From Euryarchaeota archaeon UBA62 (lineage in GTDB: Archaea > Thermoplasmatota > Poseidoniia > Poseidoniales > Thalassarchaeaceae): a stretch of DNA of 64,000 nt. The notes under the pieces are model-generated. The model was not told the DNA's origin. It did no database searches and saw only the letters and a list, made by a program, of their open reading frames with translations. Made by a program: the position numbers and the translations under genes. Location of the stretch: contig DAPJ01000021.1 of the NCBI GenBank assembly GCA_002502095.1, positions 29,069-93,068 on the forward strand, written 5' to 3'. Positions 1 to 10,557 of this stretch are shown piece after piece (position 1 is the stretch's first letter; every line of letters begins with the position of its first letter).

Positions 1-14
1 CTCAAGTCTTTGCT

Positions 15-719
15 TCACACCATATCCATCGATTCCAAGATATCATTTCCTGTTATCATAGGAATTCCATGCTCCTCAGCATATTTCCTAGCTTCCTGTA
101 GAGATAGTGCTCCATCGCCCTCAGGATCGAGCATCTCCGCGCCTATTGTACAGGGAATATTTCCGGAGAGCCTGGCTATGGCGACCGCCAATTCTGTATG
201 CCCCTGTCTCTTCGAAAGTCCACCAGGAGATTCCCTACAAAGAGGAATATGGCCCGGAGTTCTGAATTCCTTCCCCAAAGCTTCCATAGCTTCGGAGTTC
301 GAGAGTTCAGACACTTCCCCGGCCAGCTCACCAAACCTTCTAGTTGTCAATGCCCTGTCCCTGTCAGTAATCCCAGTATATGTTTCCCTGTGGTTCAGGG
401 ACAGAGTAAATGCCGATCTACTATCATATTGAAGGTCATTGGTAATCAACTCTCCAAGTACAGGATTATCTGCAACTATGGAAGGAGTTGAATGTATGTC
501 TTGAAGCCAAGGTAGTCCAAACTTCTCACCTATTTCGTCACCAATTGCGAGGAAAAGTAAACCCCCACAGTCTCTACGAAGCCTTCTCATTATTTCAGGA
601 GTCGCTCTGGCGGCCGGCCAAAGAAGATCAGTCTCTCTTTCTCTGAAATCCGAGTCAAAAATCATCACAGGATTCCCCAAGGAGAACGCTTCAATCGCCT
701 CAGCTATGCCATTGCCCAT
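15..719 (-). CDS. ribB: 3,4-dihydroxy-2-butanone 4-phosphate synthase
   Basis: Motifs D-x-x-RERETDL, TGITDRDRALT, FRTPGH, RQGHTE; start set at the ATG at 719. Confidence 0.93.
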   Translation of the reverse strand: MGNGIAEAIEAFSLGNPVMIFDSDFRERETDLLWPAARATPEIMRRLRRDCGGLLFLAIGDEIGEKFGLPWLQDIHSTPSIVADNPVLGELITNDLQYDSRSAFTLSLNHRETYTGITDRDRALTTRRFGELAGEVSELSNSEAMEALGKEFRTPGHIPLCRESPGGLSKRQGHTELAVAIARLSGNIPCTIGAEMLDPEGDGALSLQEARKYAEEHGIPMITGNDILESMDMV

Positions 720-877
720 GACTATCGGAGGGGCTACACATACCACTTATTTTCGGTCGAAGCATCTCCATTAGTGCCTATCCAACAAAAATTTCCAATC
801 TCCAGAGTGTATTATCTGAAGTTGAGTTGTAATATTTCAGTCCGAACCCCTAAACGTAACCAGTACCGGCCAACTCC

Positions 878-3800
878 ATGGCGGGACGTAGCGCAGCCAC
901 TGCATCATTCATCATCTTGCTAATGTTGCTACCATTGGCTTCCTCGGATATTCAGCCAATAGAGCAAGGAAAAGGAGGCTTAGATGCTGATGGAGTGTGG
1001 ACAGAAAGTGTGGAATCGGAACTACATTCTAACTGGTGGTCCCACTGGAGCAGAGATAAGGATCGCAATTCTTTGGACGATAGACTTGAATGGCTTCTAG
1101 ATCAACCCTCCCAAACCCAACAAGATTGGTGGAAGAGAGCAGAATCGGGAAGTGCCAGAATTTTCATCGATTATGACCACCATCCTTCCGATGCGGATGT
1201 TGAGGAACTGGAGAGCTTAGGGGTCAAAGTCACGTTTCGTCCCAAATATCTCGATACTGTTTCAGCAACTGCTCCGTTCGAAACTATACTTTCTCAAGAT
1301 GGAATCAGGTCTCTCCCCGGAGTAGTAATGATCGAGGATCTCGGTCTGGCAGAACCACACATGAATGAGGCCGTCCCTAACATGGGTGTCGATCAGGTTT
1401 GGACTGACTTCGGCTTTGATGGGACAGGCTCGGTAGTTGCTGTTCTGGATACCGGTGTTAGAGGAGACCATGAGGGCTTGAATGATATGGATGACGAGCC
1501 CTTTACTACAGGTTGTGAGCAACCTGACCCAGACCCCCTAGATCCAAACCCAATTTTTGTTGATTGCGATCCGAAGATTATAGCATTCTATGATGCAGTA
1601 TTAATGGATGCCGAACAAGACCCGTCCACTTCTTACGACTCAGGAACTCATGGGACCCACGTAGCTGGTATTGCGGTAGGTTCTGGAGGGGGACAAACCG
1701 ATCCTACCACTGGACAAAAGTATGTTGGAGCGGCTCCCGGAGCGTTTCTAATTAACATCTTAGCCTGCTGTGATGGAGATATAGAGGACGTTATCCAAGG
1801 GGCCCAGTGGGCCATAGAGAATAAGGACAAGTATGGAATCGACATCGTCACATCATCTCTTGGAGAACAGCAGCTAGAGGTTCACTTCGACAACAACGGC
1901 GACTCAGCTTGGAGTAGGCAGATGGATTCAGTTGTCGAGGCAGGAATCATCACCACTCTCTCAGCTGGTAATGAGTTCGGAGGGGCTACTTTTGCCGGCT
2001 GTAATACCATAGATAGTCCCGGTGATGCTCAACTTCCGGTCACTGTTGCGAGCCTAGATAAGGATCTAGGACTGGCTATTTACAGCAGTCGAGGCTATAC
2101 TTCTGATGGTAGAGTGAAGCCAGATGTTGCAACTATCGGATCCAACATCATGGCTCCCGACGCGGCATCTAGTGATGGATATACTAGCAAGTCAGGAACT
2201 AGTATGGCTACACCACTCATGGCAGGTATCGCCGCATTGATGGTAGAGGCAAATCCGGATATCACCCCTACAGAATTCAAGGATATTATTTCAGCTCATT
2301 CTATCGAGAGAGATTTGCAACTTCTCGATGATCCAGGATTCAATGATTGTAGTATACTAGAGACTCGTCCAGATAACGAGTTTGGATATGGGCAGGCCGA
2401 TCCACTGGCCTTTGTGGAAGCCGCGGGAAGCATTGACAGATCACTAAATGTCAGTATGAATCTCGAGACACTACAAGAAATTGGAAACCAGTCATACGTT
2501 TCAGGAACAGCTTCTGGCGTTGCTCCTGGGATGGGGATTGTAGAGGTCAGAGTAGGTGGCGGAGAATGGAAGGGGGCGGCCGATCTGAAGGGCGATTGGA
2601 GTGAGTGGAGAGTAAAGCTTGACCCTCATATCGAATCTGGAAACTCTACCATTTATGCCAGACTGGTAGTAAGCGAAGATAGTATTTCTCCTGTAGATGC
2701 AAGGAGAATCATTCTAGTCGATGGTGATGCTTCTGAGATAATGTCAGGAGACATGATGCAATTCGGCCTCTCTGTATTCCTGCTCCCGTTTTTGGGTGCG
2801 GTGGCACTAATCGCATTCATTGCTTTTAGGGAACGCTGGGATAAGAAGATAGATCTCTCTAGCAAGGGGTCAGATTTACCATCTAAGTTGATGTCAAGTG
2901 TGGAAGTCATGAATCCGGTTCGCTATTCTGGGTACGTTAAGTCGTCGATCGAAGCTTGGAAGGATGGAAAGTCACTTGCTGAGAATCAGTTCAGAAGGTA
3001 TGTATCACTCTCGATATTATACACGGCTCAGGGACTCCCACAGGGATTCACTTATGTTGCATTCCCTGCTTTCTTGGCTGTTAACGACGTCAGCCCAGTC
3101 GCCATAGCGCAACTTTGGGCCGCGATAGCTCTGCCATGGACATTCAAATTTGTATGGGGCCCGATGGTGGATGGTATCCAAGCCCCGTCCTATGGACGGA
3201 GGAGGCCTTGGATACTATTCGCACAAACGGGGATGGTAGTAACGCTGGGAGCACTACTATTCGTTTCAAATCTAGCTGAATCTATACAATTAGTTACGCT
3301 GATGCTGTTCATTCACAATCTATTCTCATCATTGCAAGACGTAGGTGTCGATGCACTAGCAGTAGATGTACTGCAACCGGATGAAGTCGCCAAGGCAAAC
3401 GGATTCATGTTTGCAGCTAAGAGGGCTGGATATATCTTGGGTGGAGCGATTCTGGGTATAATGGCCACTAAGTTTGGAATCAAATCGGCTATAGTAATTC
3501 AACTACCATTGTTGGTAATAATCATGGCTCTTCCATTGTTCTTGAGGGAAAGGCCAGGGGACAAGCTCTTCCCCTGGAGTGCCGCCAGAAGCTCCAGTCT
3601 TTGGGATACTAAAGAACAGGAGCCAGAGGACGTAGATGATGAAAGTTCAGATTCCTCCGAGTTAGAAGTTCCATGGACAGAGAATGAGGAAGATGATCCT
3701 TACAGGGCAGCTCATTGGACTGCTAAGAATCTAGTTTCCAAGAATATCTCCCTATCTGCAGCTGTTCTTTGGGTGTCTATTTCCCTAATTCTTCTGGCTA

Positions 3801-4693
3801 TGGTAGTTTACATCGGAGGGGTACTGGTTGAGGAAGACTGGCGAGATCGTCCTATTTTATTCATGGATATAGTTGATTTTGGAGTAGTTTCTATATCCCT
3901 AGTAATTCTTTTACAGCTATTCCAGAAACTAGGAATCAGACTTCCTAAAGTACCAAATCCGTTTGCCCGATTATTGATGGGCCCCGCAGTTACATCATAC
4001 AATATTGTGAAGGGATTCTCCCTAAGATCCTCATTCCTACTAATCTTCCTATGCCTCCTCTCGGAATTGTATCTTTTCGTCGACCCTATTATACTGGATA
4101 TTTTCATCAATGAGGCTGGGTGGGAGATGGACAAATACAGCGCTGTAATGGGAGGGGTAGTGATAGCTTTCCTCATGGCAGGGCAACTGATAGGTGGATT
4201 CCTGGGTGATCGATTCGGCGTTAGGGAGGTGGCCATGATTGGGTTCACCCTATTGGCCCTGGCTAATGCAGGACTCGCTCTGTTGCAGGGATACTGGGAA
4301 AATACAACTATCATGGTCGCCTACCTATGTCTAAGGGCAATAATCAACGGATTGGCTTGGATTTCTATAATATCTGTATCTATGCGATTAACCTATAGTA
4401 AGGCAGGAGGGACCCAATTCACGGCATACATGTCCATGTTCAATCTTTCAGGTGTCATCGCACTAAGTCTGACAGGCAAGGCGATCGAAATCATGGATTA
4501 TATCTCAGCATTGTATCTAGGAGCGGCGCTCACGCTAATGACAGTGATATTCCTAGTCTTCATTGATCCAGATGAATGTGATAGGGTTTTGGAAGGGAGA
4601 CTAGATGATGAAGATGAGAATTATGGAGGGGACTTAGGAGAATCGTCTGAGGTATGGTGGGAGGAAGGCGAACCGGATGTCGTCTCTGCTTGA
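878..4693 (+). CDS. Secreted S8 (subtilisin-like) serine protease fused to an AmpG-like MFS transporter
   Basis: Signal peptide; triad VLDTG / HGTHVAG / GTSMATP; beta-rich linker and TM helix; then LYTAQGLPQG, PWTFKFVWGPMVD, GRRRPW, QDVGVDALAVD and many TM helices. Confidence 0.88.
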   Translation: MAGRSAATASFIILLMLLPLASSDIQPIEQGKGGLDADGVWTESVESELHSNWWSHWSRDKDRNSLDDRLEWLLDQPSQTQQDWWKRAESGSARIFIDYDHHPSDADVEELESLGVKVTFRPKYLDTVSATAPFETILSQDGIRSLPGVVMIEDLGLAEPHMNEAVPNMGVDQVWTDFGFDGTGSVVAVLDTGVRGDHEGLNDMDDEPFTTGCEQPDPDPLDPNPIFVDCDPKIIAFYDAVLMDAEQDPSTSYDSGTHGTHVAGIAVGSGGGQTDPTTGQKYVGAAPGAFLINILACCDGDIEDVIQGAQWAIENKDKYGIDIVTSSLGEQQLEVHFDNNGDSAWSRQMDSVVEAGIITTLSAGNEFGGATFAGCNTIDSPGDAQLPVTVASLDKDLGLAIYSSRGYTSDGRVKPDVATIGSNIMAPDAASSDGYTSKSGTSMATPLMAGIAALMVEANPDITPTEFKDIISAHSIERDLQLLDDPGFNDCSILETRPDNEFGYGQADPLAFVEAAGSIDRSLNVSMNLETLQEIGNQSYVSGTASGVAPGMGIVEVRVGGGEWKGAADLKGDWSEWRVKLDPHIESGNSTIYARLVVSEDSISPVDARRIILVDGDASEIMSGDMMQFGLSVFLLPFLGAVALIAFIAFRERWDKKIDLSSKGSDLPSKLMSSVEVMNPVRYSGYVKSSIEAWKDGKSLAENQFRRYVSLSILYTAQGLPQGFTYVAFPAFLAVNDVSPVAIAQLWAAIALPWTFKFVWGPMVDGIQAPSYGRRRPWILFAQTGMVVTLGALLFVSNLAESIQLVTLMLFIHNLFSSLQDVGVDALAVDVLQPDEVAKANGFMFAAKRAGYILGGAILGIMATKFGIKSAIVIQLPLLVIIMALPLFLRERPGDKLFPWSAARSSSLWDTKEQEPEDVDDESSDSSELEVPWTENEEDDPYRAAHWTAKNLVSKNISLSAAVLWVSISLILLAMVVYIGGVLVEEDWRDRPILFMDIVDFGVVSISLVILLQLFQKLGIRLPKVPNPFARLLMGPAVTSYNIVKGFSLRSSFLLIFLCLLSELYLFVDPIILDIFINEAGWEMDKYSAVMGGVVIAFLMAGQLIGGFLGDRFGVREVAMIGFTLLALANAGLALLQGYWENTTIMVAYLCLRAIINGLAWISIISVSMRLTYSKAGGTQFTAYMSMFNLSGVIALSLTGKAIEIMDYISALYLGAALTLMTVIFLVFIDPDECDRVLEGRLDDEDENYGGDLGESSEVWWEEGEPDVVSA

Positions 4694-4943
4694 ACACCTT
4701 AGGTCCGCAGATACGGACTTTCTATTCTTCAGTCAAACAATTTGTCCATACTGTACTAGGGCCGCCCGAACCCTGGAAGCTAACAATCTAACATATACCG
4801 AGATTAATTTGGATCACTATGAGGGCCTTAGACAGAAGATCATCATCGAGACGGGCCATAGAACAGTTCCTGTGGTTTTTGACTTGAGGCAGGATTCGCC
4901 GATATTTGTCGGGGGATCCGATCATCTGATTGACTATCTTTGA
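4677..4943 (+). CDS. Glutaredoxin
   Basis: CPYC, TVP and GGSD motifs; 88 aa; overlaps the upstream stop. Confidence 0.9.
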   Translation: MSSLLEHLRSADTDFLFFSQTICPYCTRAARTLEANNLTYTEINLDHYEGLRQKIIIETGHRTVPVVFDLRQDSPIFVGGSDHLIDYL

Positions 4944-5524
4944 GAATTTTCTGCAATCTCAGAGACCTGCTCACGCATCTCCTCAAATTGATTGAGATTG
5001 ACCATATGTCCCTTTTCATGTTCCAATCTCGTTACGGGCCAACCAGATTCCTCAAAGATTTCGATATGTTCTATACCCACATCAAGTGGGACCAAATGAT
5101 CGCGTTCTCCATGCATCCATATCACTGGCCGGGGCTTCAGGAATGGAAGTACCCCTCTCAATTCATCAGGCCTGGCCGTTTTTGTAGCAATCAATACTAG
5201 TCCGACTATAGAACTACTCGCCTTAGTCTCTAGCAAGGCCGATGCCATCGCACCCCCCTGGGAGAAACCACCAACAATTATCGGGCCATCTGGTATTATC
5301 TCCAAGATTCCTGATAATGAGTCTTCCATTTGGGATATCGACTCGTCCTCAGAGACGCCCCCCTCAAAAAGCCACCATGCAAAACCTCCTCTCGTAGGAT
5401 GCCTAATCTTAGCCTGAGGGCATAAAGTCGACCATCCATCAGGGGTTAGTCCCCGTGCGAGCTCTTCCATCTTTTCAGATGTCCCAGTCATTCCATGCAT
5501 CATTATGAGCGTACCCTTGCTCAT
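4934..5524 (-). CDS. Alpha/beta hydrolase (phospholipase/carboxylesterase family)
   Basis: HG oxyanion motif, GFSQGG nucleophile, HGERD, GH. Confidence 0.88.
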   Translation of the reverse strand: MSKGTLIMMHGMTGTSEKMEELARGLTPDGWSTLCPQAKIRHPTRGGFAWWLFEGGVSEDESISQMEDSLSGILEIIPDGPIIVGGFSQGGAMASALLETKASSSIVGLVLIATKTARPDELRGVLPFLKPRPVIWMHGERDHLVPLDVGIEHIEIFEESGWPVTRLEHEKGHMVNLNQFEEMREQVSEIAENSQR

Positions 5525-5532
5525 CTAATCCC

Positions 5533-6501
5533 TCACAGATTCCATTGGAAAACCAATGCTCCGGCAACCTTGAGGTGGATGTATGAAGATTGGCCACGAA
5601 CCGTTACAGTAAGCGAGTATTCTCCAGAGTTGGAGGGTATAGTGCCTATGGCACCCTTTTCTGTCGCTCCTGACCCCCATGCACGAGTAAGGGGAGAAGC
5701 TCCAGCATGATCCTTCATTGTTAGGGAACCGGAAGATGCCCCATTAGATGCAATTTCTACATCAAGATACCAAACTAAGGTATCCCAATCTCCTTCTGTT
5801 GGGTGCCCATCGTCGAAAAATGAGTCATATATTTCCTGGTCATTCTCCTCATACAGCCGATCAATCAAGTCTCTAGCTCTATAGAAGAAAACGTCTCCTT
5901 GATAGTTTGATCTGGCGACATTCAAATCCATACGTAACTGGTTCCTTCCCTCCGAGTCTTCCCAAACTAGCCTTTCTAGGAAACCATCACTTCCGCTGAA
6001 TGTATATTGCAATTCATGACCTTCAGAAGATTCAGCACTTACTCTGGCATTTCCATTGTTTATGGAAACAGTAGTAGCACTCCACTCTTGGCCGAATAGC
6101 GTGAATGACCACTCATCACCGATGACCCATGGAAATGAGAATACTTGTTGTGGTATCCCATTTTCGTATACTGACAATCCATCAATTGTCATTCGGCCCA
6201 GAAATGGATTATGGTTGATTACCGCGTGTCTTTGAGCTTCTCTCTCAGAGGAAATACCGACTTGATAATCTCCTGATTCGTTATCAATTTCTGCTACAAC
6301 CAACCTAGCGCTATCTTCTCCGAATTGTGGTGTGATGAATGTGTACAGCCAATTATTTCCAACTTCCCATTCTGGGAGAATCATATCATCATCCACAGAT
6401 TCTCCCGATTGCACAGAATCGCCTGTCTCAATGCAACCCGAGACAATACATATCGTCATCAAACAGGCCATACCAATTGCAGACCTGCCACTCATGCCCA
6501 T
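5533..6501 (-). CDS. Hypothetical acidic lipoprotein
   Basis: Hydrophobic N-terminus ending in lipobox-like IVSGC; acidic, beta-rich body. Confidence 0.7.
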   Translation of the reverse strand: MGMSGRSAIGMACLMTICIVSGCIETGDSVQSGESVDDDMILPEWEVGNNWLYTFITPQFGEDSARLVVAEIDNESGDYQVGISSEREAQRHAVINHNPFLGRMTIDGLSVYENGIPQQVFSFPWVIGDEWSFTLFGQEWSATTVSINNGNARVSAESSEGHELQYTFSGSDGFLERLVWEDSEGRNQLRMDLNVARSNYQGDVFFYRARDLIDRLYEENDQEIYDSFFDDGHPTEGDWDTLVWYLDVEIASNGASSGSLTMKDHAGASPLTRAWGSGATEKGAIGTIPSNSGEYSLTVTVRGQSSYIHLKVAGALVFQWNL

Positions 6502-6540
6502 GCGACAGGGGTTACAGTCAAGAGACTGACGCTTTGATTA

Positions 6541-8595
6541 TCAGAGTAATCCAGCGATAACAACCGATACTATTGACATCAGCTTGATCAGAATGTTCAG
6601 GGAAGGGCCACTAGTGTCCTTGAAAGGATCTCCGATGGTATCCCCAACAACAGCAGCCGAGTGAGCGTCATCTCCCTTTTCTGCTCCATCAATTTCTCCC
6701 TGCTCAATAGCCTTCTTTGCATTGTCCCAAGCTCCTCCTGCGTTGGCCATGAATAGTGCCATTAGAACTCCAGTAGCTGTAGCACCGGCCAATGTACCGC
6801 CAAGAGCGGCAGGACCCAGCACTAGTCCAATAATTACTGGGCTGGAAATTGCTATCAGTCCAGGCATGATCATCTCCCTAAGAGCAGCTTGAGTAGAAAT
6901 ATCTACGCATGTTGCACTATCTGGTTCGACACCTTCCTTTCCTTCTAGAAGACCCTCAATTTCCCTGAATTGACGCCTGATTTCAGTTATCATAGCTTCA
7001 GCAGCTCTACCGACGGATTTCATAGTCATGGCGGCTACTACGAAGGGCAGTCCACCTCCGATAAGAAGTCCAATTACCACATCTGGATTGGTAAGTGAAA
7101 GATCAGCAGCGCTCAGTGATGCACTGGTTTTGTAGGCCGCGAAGAGAGCCAATGCAGTTAGAGCGGCACTCCCAATAGCGAATCCTTTTCCTATCGCAGC
7201 AGTGGTATTTCCTATAGAATCGAGGCCATCCGTAATGTCTCTGACTTCTTTTCCTAAACCTGACATCTCAGCAATTCCACCAGCGTTGTCAGCAACAGGC
7301 CCATATGCGTCAACTGTCATTGTAACTCCAACAGTACCTAGCATTCCCATTGCTGCCATCGCTATGCCGTAAAGTCCCATATCCCCGCCGTTCATCACAT
7401 CGTTAGCGCCATATATTCCTGCAGATATCAGTAATACTGGAACCATCACAGACTCCATCCCAACAGCTAGTCCCGCTATAGCGTTAGTAGCACTACCTGT
7501 CTTGGACGCCTCCCCGATGTACGGTATCGCCTTTACTTTGAAACCAAATACAGGTTCTATTCCAGTGTAGTACTCAGTAACTAATCCGATCAGGATTCCC
7601 ACCAAGCTACCAATCGCAACTGCAAATATGACTTGGGTATCCATATCATAGTAGTCTAGAGCTAGATAGCCCACTCCTATGAAGAGACCCGCTCCAATGA
7701 AAGTAGTATTTCTTAGAGCCGCTCCAGCATCCATATTCTTCATCGCTGAGATTGAGAATACGCCAACTATAGATGCAAGATATCCGACGATAGCCAGAAG
7801 TATTGGTATCATCAGATATTCAGATCCCATCTGGTCGCTAGCAGATGCAATCACCATGGCTGCAATAATTGAACCTACGAAAGATTCGAAGATATCAGCA
7901 CCCATACCAGCAACATCTCCAACGTTGTCACCAACGTTATCTGCAATAACGCCAGGATTTCTCGGGTCATCCTCAGGTATTCCAGCCTCGACTTTTCCTA
8001 CCAGATCAGCTCCAACATCAGCGGCTTTGGTGTATATTCCGCCACCAACGCGAGCGAAAAGAGCAATTGATGATGCACCCATACCAAATCCAGCAATATT
8101 AGCTACTGTTAGAAAATCTGTCTCTGTGAAGTAGAACATCAATGAGATTCCAAATAGTCCCAGTCCTCCAACTGCTAGGCCCATTACAGCTCCTCCATTG
8201 TATGAGGTAGTTAGTGCGGCTGCCTGGCCTCCACTAGCCGCTGCTTGGGCTGTTCTGCCATTGGCGCTAGTGGCAGATTTCATTCCACTGAATCCTGCGG
8301 CACCGCTACATAGTGCACCTATTATGAATGCTACAGTTGTCTCCATTCCAAGGTCATCGTTATAGCTCCCCCCGACAAACAAAAGAGCGGCTACGACAGC
8401 TATGAATATGGTGAGCATTCTGTATTCTGCGACCATGAAAGCCATGGCTCCATCTTGAATACGCTCAGTGATTTTTGCAACTGTCTTGTTCTCAATCTCT
8501 ATTGAATCAACTTTCCTGTATAGCATGAATGCGACAAGTAGGCCGAATACGCCTACTCCCATTCCAATTGTTCCTAGTGTCTCTCCTTCTATCAT
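6541..8595 (-). CDS. hppA: Membrane-bound pyrophosphatase, K+-dependent, probably Na+-translocating
   Basis: [49 protein letters not shown]. Confidence 0.96.
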   Translation of the reverse strand: MIEGETLGTIGMGVGVFGLLVAFMLYRKVDSIEIENKTVAKITERIQDGAMAFMVAEYRMLTIFIAVVAALLFVGGSYNDDLGMETTVAFIIGALCSGAAGFSGMKSATSANGRTAQAAASGGQAAALTTSYNGGAVMGLAVGGLGLFGISLMFYFTETDFLTVANIAGFGMGASSIALFARVGGGIYTKAADVGADLVGKVEAGIPEDDPRNPGVIADNVGDNVGDVAGMGADIFESFVGSIIAAMVIASASDQMGSEYLMIPILLAIVGYLASIVGVFSISAMKNMDAGAALRNTTFIGAGLFIGVGYLALDYYDMDTQVIFAVAIGSLVGILIGLVTEYYTGIEPVFGFKVKAIPYIGEASKTGSATNAIAGLAVGMESVMVPVLLISAGIYGANDVMNGGDMGLYGIAMAAMGMLGTVGVTMTVDAYGPVADNAGGIAEMSGLGKEVRDITDGLDSIGNTTAAIGKGFAIGSAALTALALFAAYKTSASLSAADLSLTNPDVVIGLLIGGGLPFVVAAMTMKSVGRAAEAMITEIRRQFREIEGLLEGKEGVEPDSATCVDISTQAALREMIMPGLIAISSPVIIGLVLGPAALGGTLAGATATGVLMALFMANAGGAWDNAKKAIEQGEIDGAEKGDDAHSAAVVGDTIGDPFKDTSGPSLNILIKLMSIVSVVIAGLL

Positions 8596-8671
8596 GGTAT
8601 CAACCTGTATCGGTCCCGCGACAAAAGTCCTACTTATAATTCAAGCCGTAAAAAAACACTATTGAAGGCAA

Positions 8672-9574
8672 CTAAGGAGTATGTCCTAAAACCACATTGG
8701 CAAAAGATTCGAGAACTCCAGCACCATCATGGTCTCTCTGGAATGATAGCATCTCAGCTTCGCTAATGTGGCCCCATTGGAATGCACGCTCGATCCTGTG
8801 CTTAGCCGCTTCTGGATGGAATTGAACCCCCCATGCAGGTAACTTATCCCCATCAGCGCCCAGAACTCTAATTGCAGTAATCTCGTTATGGGAAGCAGAG
8901 CCAAGTAGGATAGAGTTTTGTGGCATAGTGACTACATGGTCTTGGTGAGAGTAAACTACGGCAGGACCAACGTCTTCCATCTTCCGTAAATCAAATAAGA
9001 CATCTTCATGTCCTTCCTCATTTAGTTTCATATTCCAAATTCCGCTCGACATACTATCTGCTCTAGTGACCTCTGAACCAAGAGATTTGCATAGAAGTTG
9101 GTGACCAAAGCAAATGCCGAGAGTAGGAGTCCCAGATTTCGAAGACACCCTCATTAGAGACGATGCGCCATCCATCCAACCTTCCCACATTGTGACATTT
9201 TTCCTTGAACCAGAGCAAACAACCGCATCGACCTTTATCGATTCTAGCCACTTGGCCATTTCGAGGTCTTCTCTTCCGGTTGGCAGTGCCACTCTGTAGA
9301 ATCTAGCAACATTCTCTCCCATGGGGACCTCACAACTTTCCCAGAATGGATAATCATAGTCCCAATTTGGAACATCTTTCTCTCCTATGAAGTAAAGCCC
9401 TTCTTCATTAGCCTTGATTCCAGATTCTTCAGATTGCATATGCGGAGTGAGTAGGAAGATATCGACATCTCCTTCCCTTGCAATCGGCTGAATAACTTCC
9501 TGGTTGCCACCATGTCCGAATTCGGATCTTTCAACAAGAAGGTCGAGTAATAGTATACGCCTAGTACGACTCAT
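8672..9574 (-). CDS. Class I glutamine amidotransferase-like protein (GMP synthase glutaminase-like)
   Basis: GICFGHQ, HQD and QFHPE motifs; start moved to MSRTRR at 9574. Confidence 0.82.
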   Translation of the reverse strand: MSRTRRILLLDLLVERSEFGHGGNQEVIQPIAREGDVDIFLLTPHMQSEESGIKANEEGLYFIGEKDVPNWDYDYPFWESCEVPMGENVARFYRVALPTGREDLEMAKWLESIKVDAVVCSGSRKNVTMWEGWMDGASSLMRVSSKSGTPTLGICFGHQLLCKSLGSEVTRADSMSSGIWNMKLNEEGHEDVLFDLRKMEDVGPAVVYSHQDHVVTMPQNSILLGSASHNEITAIRVLGADGDKLPAWGVQFHPEAAKHRIERAFQWGHISEAEMLSFQRDHDGAGVLESFANVVLGHTP

Positions 9575-9634
9575 GCCAGTGGGAAGAGGCGATTGCTTGA
9601 AAGCCCCCCGTATGTACAGAGGTATGGGGCGGAC

Positions 9635-9913
9635 ATGGTAGATAAGCAGTTGATACTGGATTCTGTAGGCCCGGTTCAAGCAGTTCTTGATGCTCACGAT
9701 GGGGTTGTGAATGTCATCGATACTACTGCGGGAGTAATTTCTATTTCCCTAGAGGGTGGCTGTACCGGATGTAGTGCTACTCCGATGACAGCAATGCAAA
9801 TCTACTACTCCCTGATGAAATTAGAAGAAGTCAATGATGTAATATTTGTCAACGGCGAACTTCCTGCATACATGAGGTCCTTCATCGATGATAAGATAGG
9901 TGGAGAGAGCTAA
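9635..9913 (+). CDS. NifU C-terminal/NfuA-like Fe-S carrier
   Basis: L-x-AHDG-x-V ... LEGGCTGC; start at the ATG at 9635. Confidence 0.8.
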   Translation: MVDKQLILDSVGPVQAVLDAHDGVVNVIDTTAGVISISLEGGCTGCSATPMTAMQIYYSLMKLEEVNDVIFVNGELPAYMRSFIDDKIGGES

Positions 9914-10248
9914 CGATTTTCTTTCTTCAGCTTCATAATTTGATGAGGATTAGCTTCGCCCTGAACATCCTTTCCTTTCAGGCTCATAGAAGCCGAAATT
10001 GCTACAATGACTGCTACAAGCGCCATAGGAAGTGCCACTGACTTCGACCCCCAGAGTTCTCCTCCCATGAAATTTAGTACGACTAAAAGAAATGCAGAAA
10101 CTACACACAGGGTAGCAATGGTTCTCTGAGCGAAAATCTCTCCTTTCATACTCCTCGAGAATGTACCTATAGACATCCATAGAATAACCGCTACACCGCA
10201 CATTCCTAGTGAAAGGGACTCTATCAGGTCAACCAGTCCGCTGTTCAT
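9910..10248 (-). CDS. Hypothetical membrane protein (3 TM)
   Basis: Three hydrophobic segments; fills the gap between neighbours. Confidence 0.6.
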   Translation of the reverse strand: MNSGLVDLIESLSLGMCGVAVILWMSIGTFSRSMKGEIFAQRTIATLCVVSAFLLVVLNFMGGELWGSKSVALPMALVAVIVAISASMSLKGKDVQGEANPHQIMKLKKENR

Positions 10249-10347
10249 GAACGTCCTAACTAGCAAACACTTGTGAGCGTTGGGGAGGCGGGTAGTAGTA
10301 TATGGCAAATAACGAACCTTCATCAAAAGAAAGCGTAACCGGGTAGC

Positions 10348-10557
10348 ATGAGTTTACTGCGCGGTCTCACACTTAGCTTAATCGCGCTACTTCCAGGGGT
10401 AATAGTCGGTGCTCTTGCATATCTTGTTATTGGAGGCAGTACCGATACCACCGAGTGGGAATCATGGATGTATCTGCCATGCTATGGCATCCCTCTTTTC
10501 TGTATGTTCGCGGCGTTTCTTTTCGGAATGAGATCCAGTAAGGTGGAAGAACAGTGA
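10348..10557 (+). CDS. Small hypothetical membrane protein
   Basis: Two TM segments; stop overlaps the nth start (GTGA). Confidence 0.6.
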   Translation: MSLLRGLTLSLIALLPGVIVGALAYLVIGGSTDTTEWESWMYLPCYGIPLFCMFAAFLFGMRSSKVEEQ

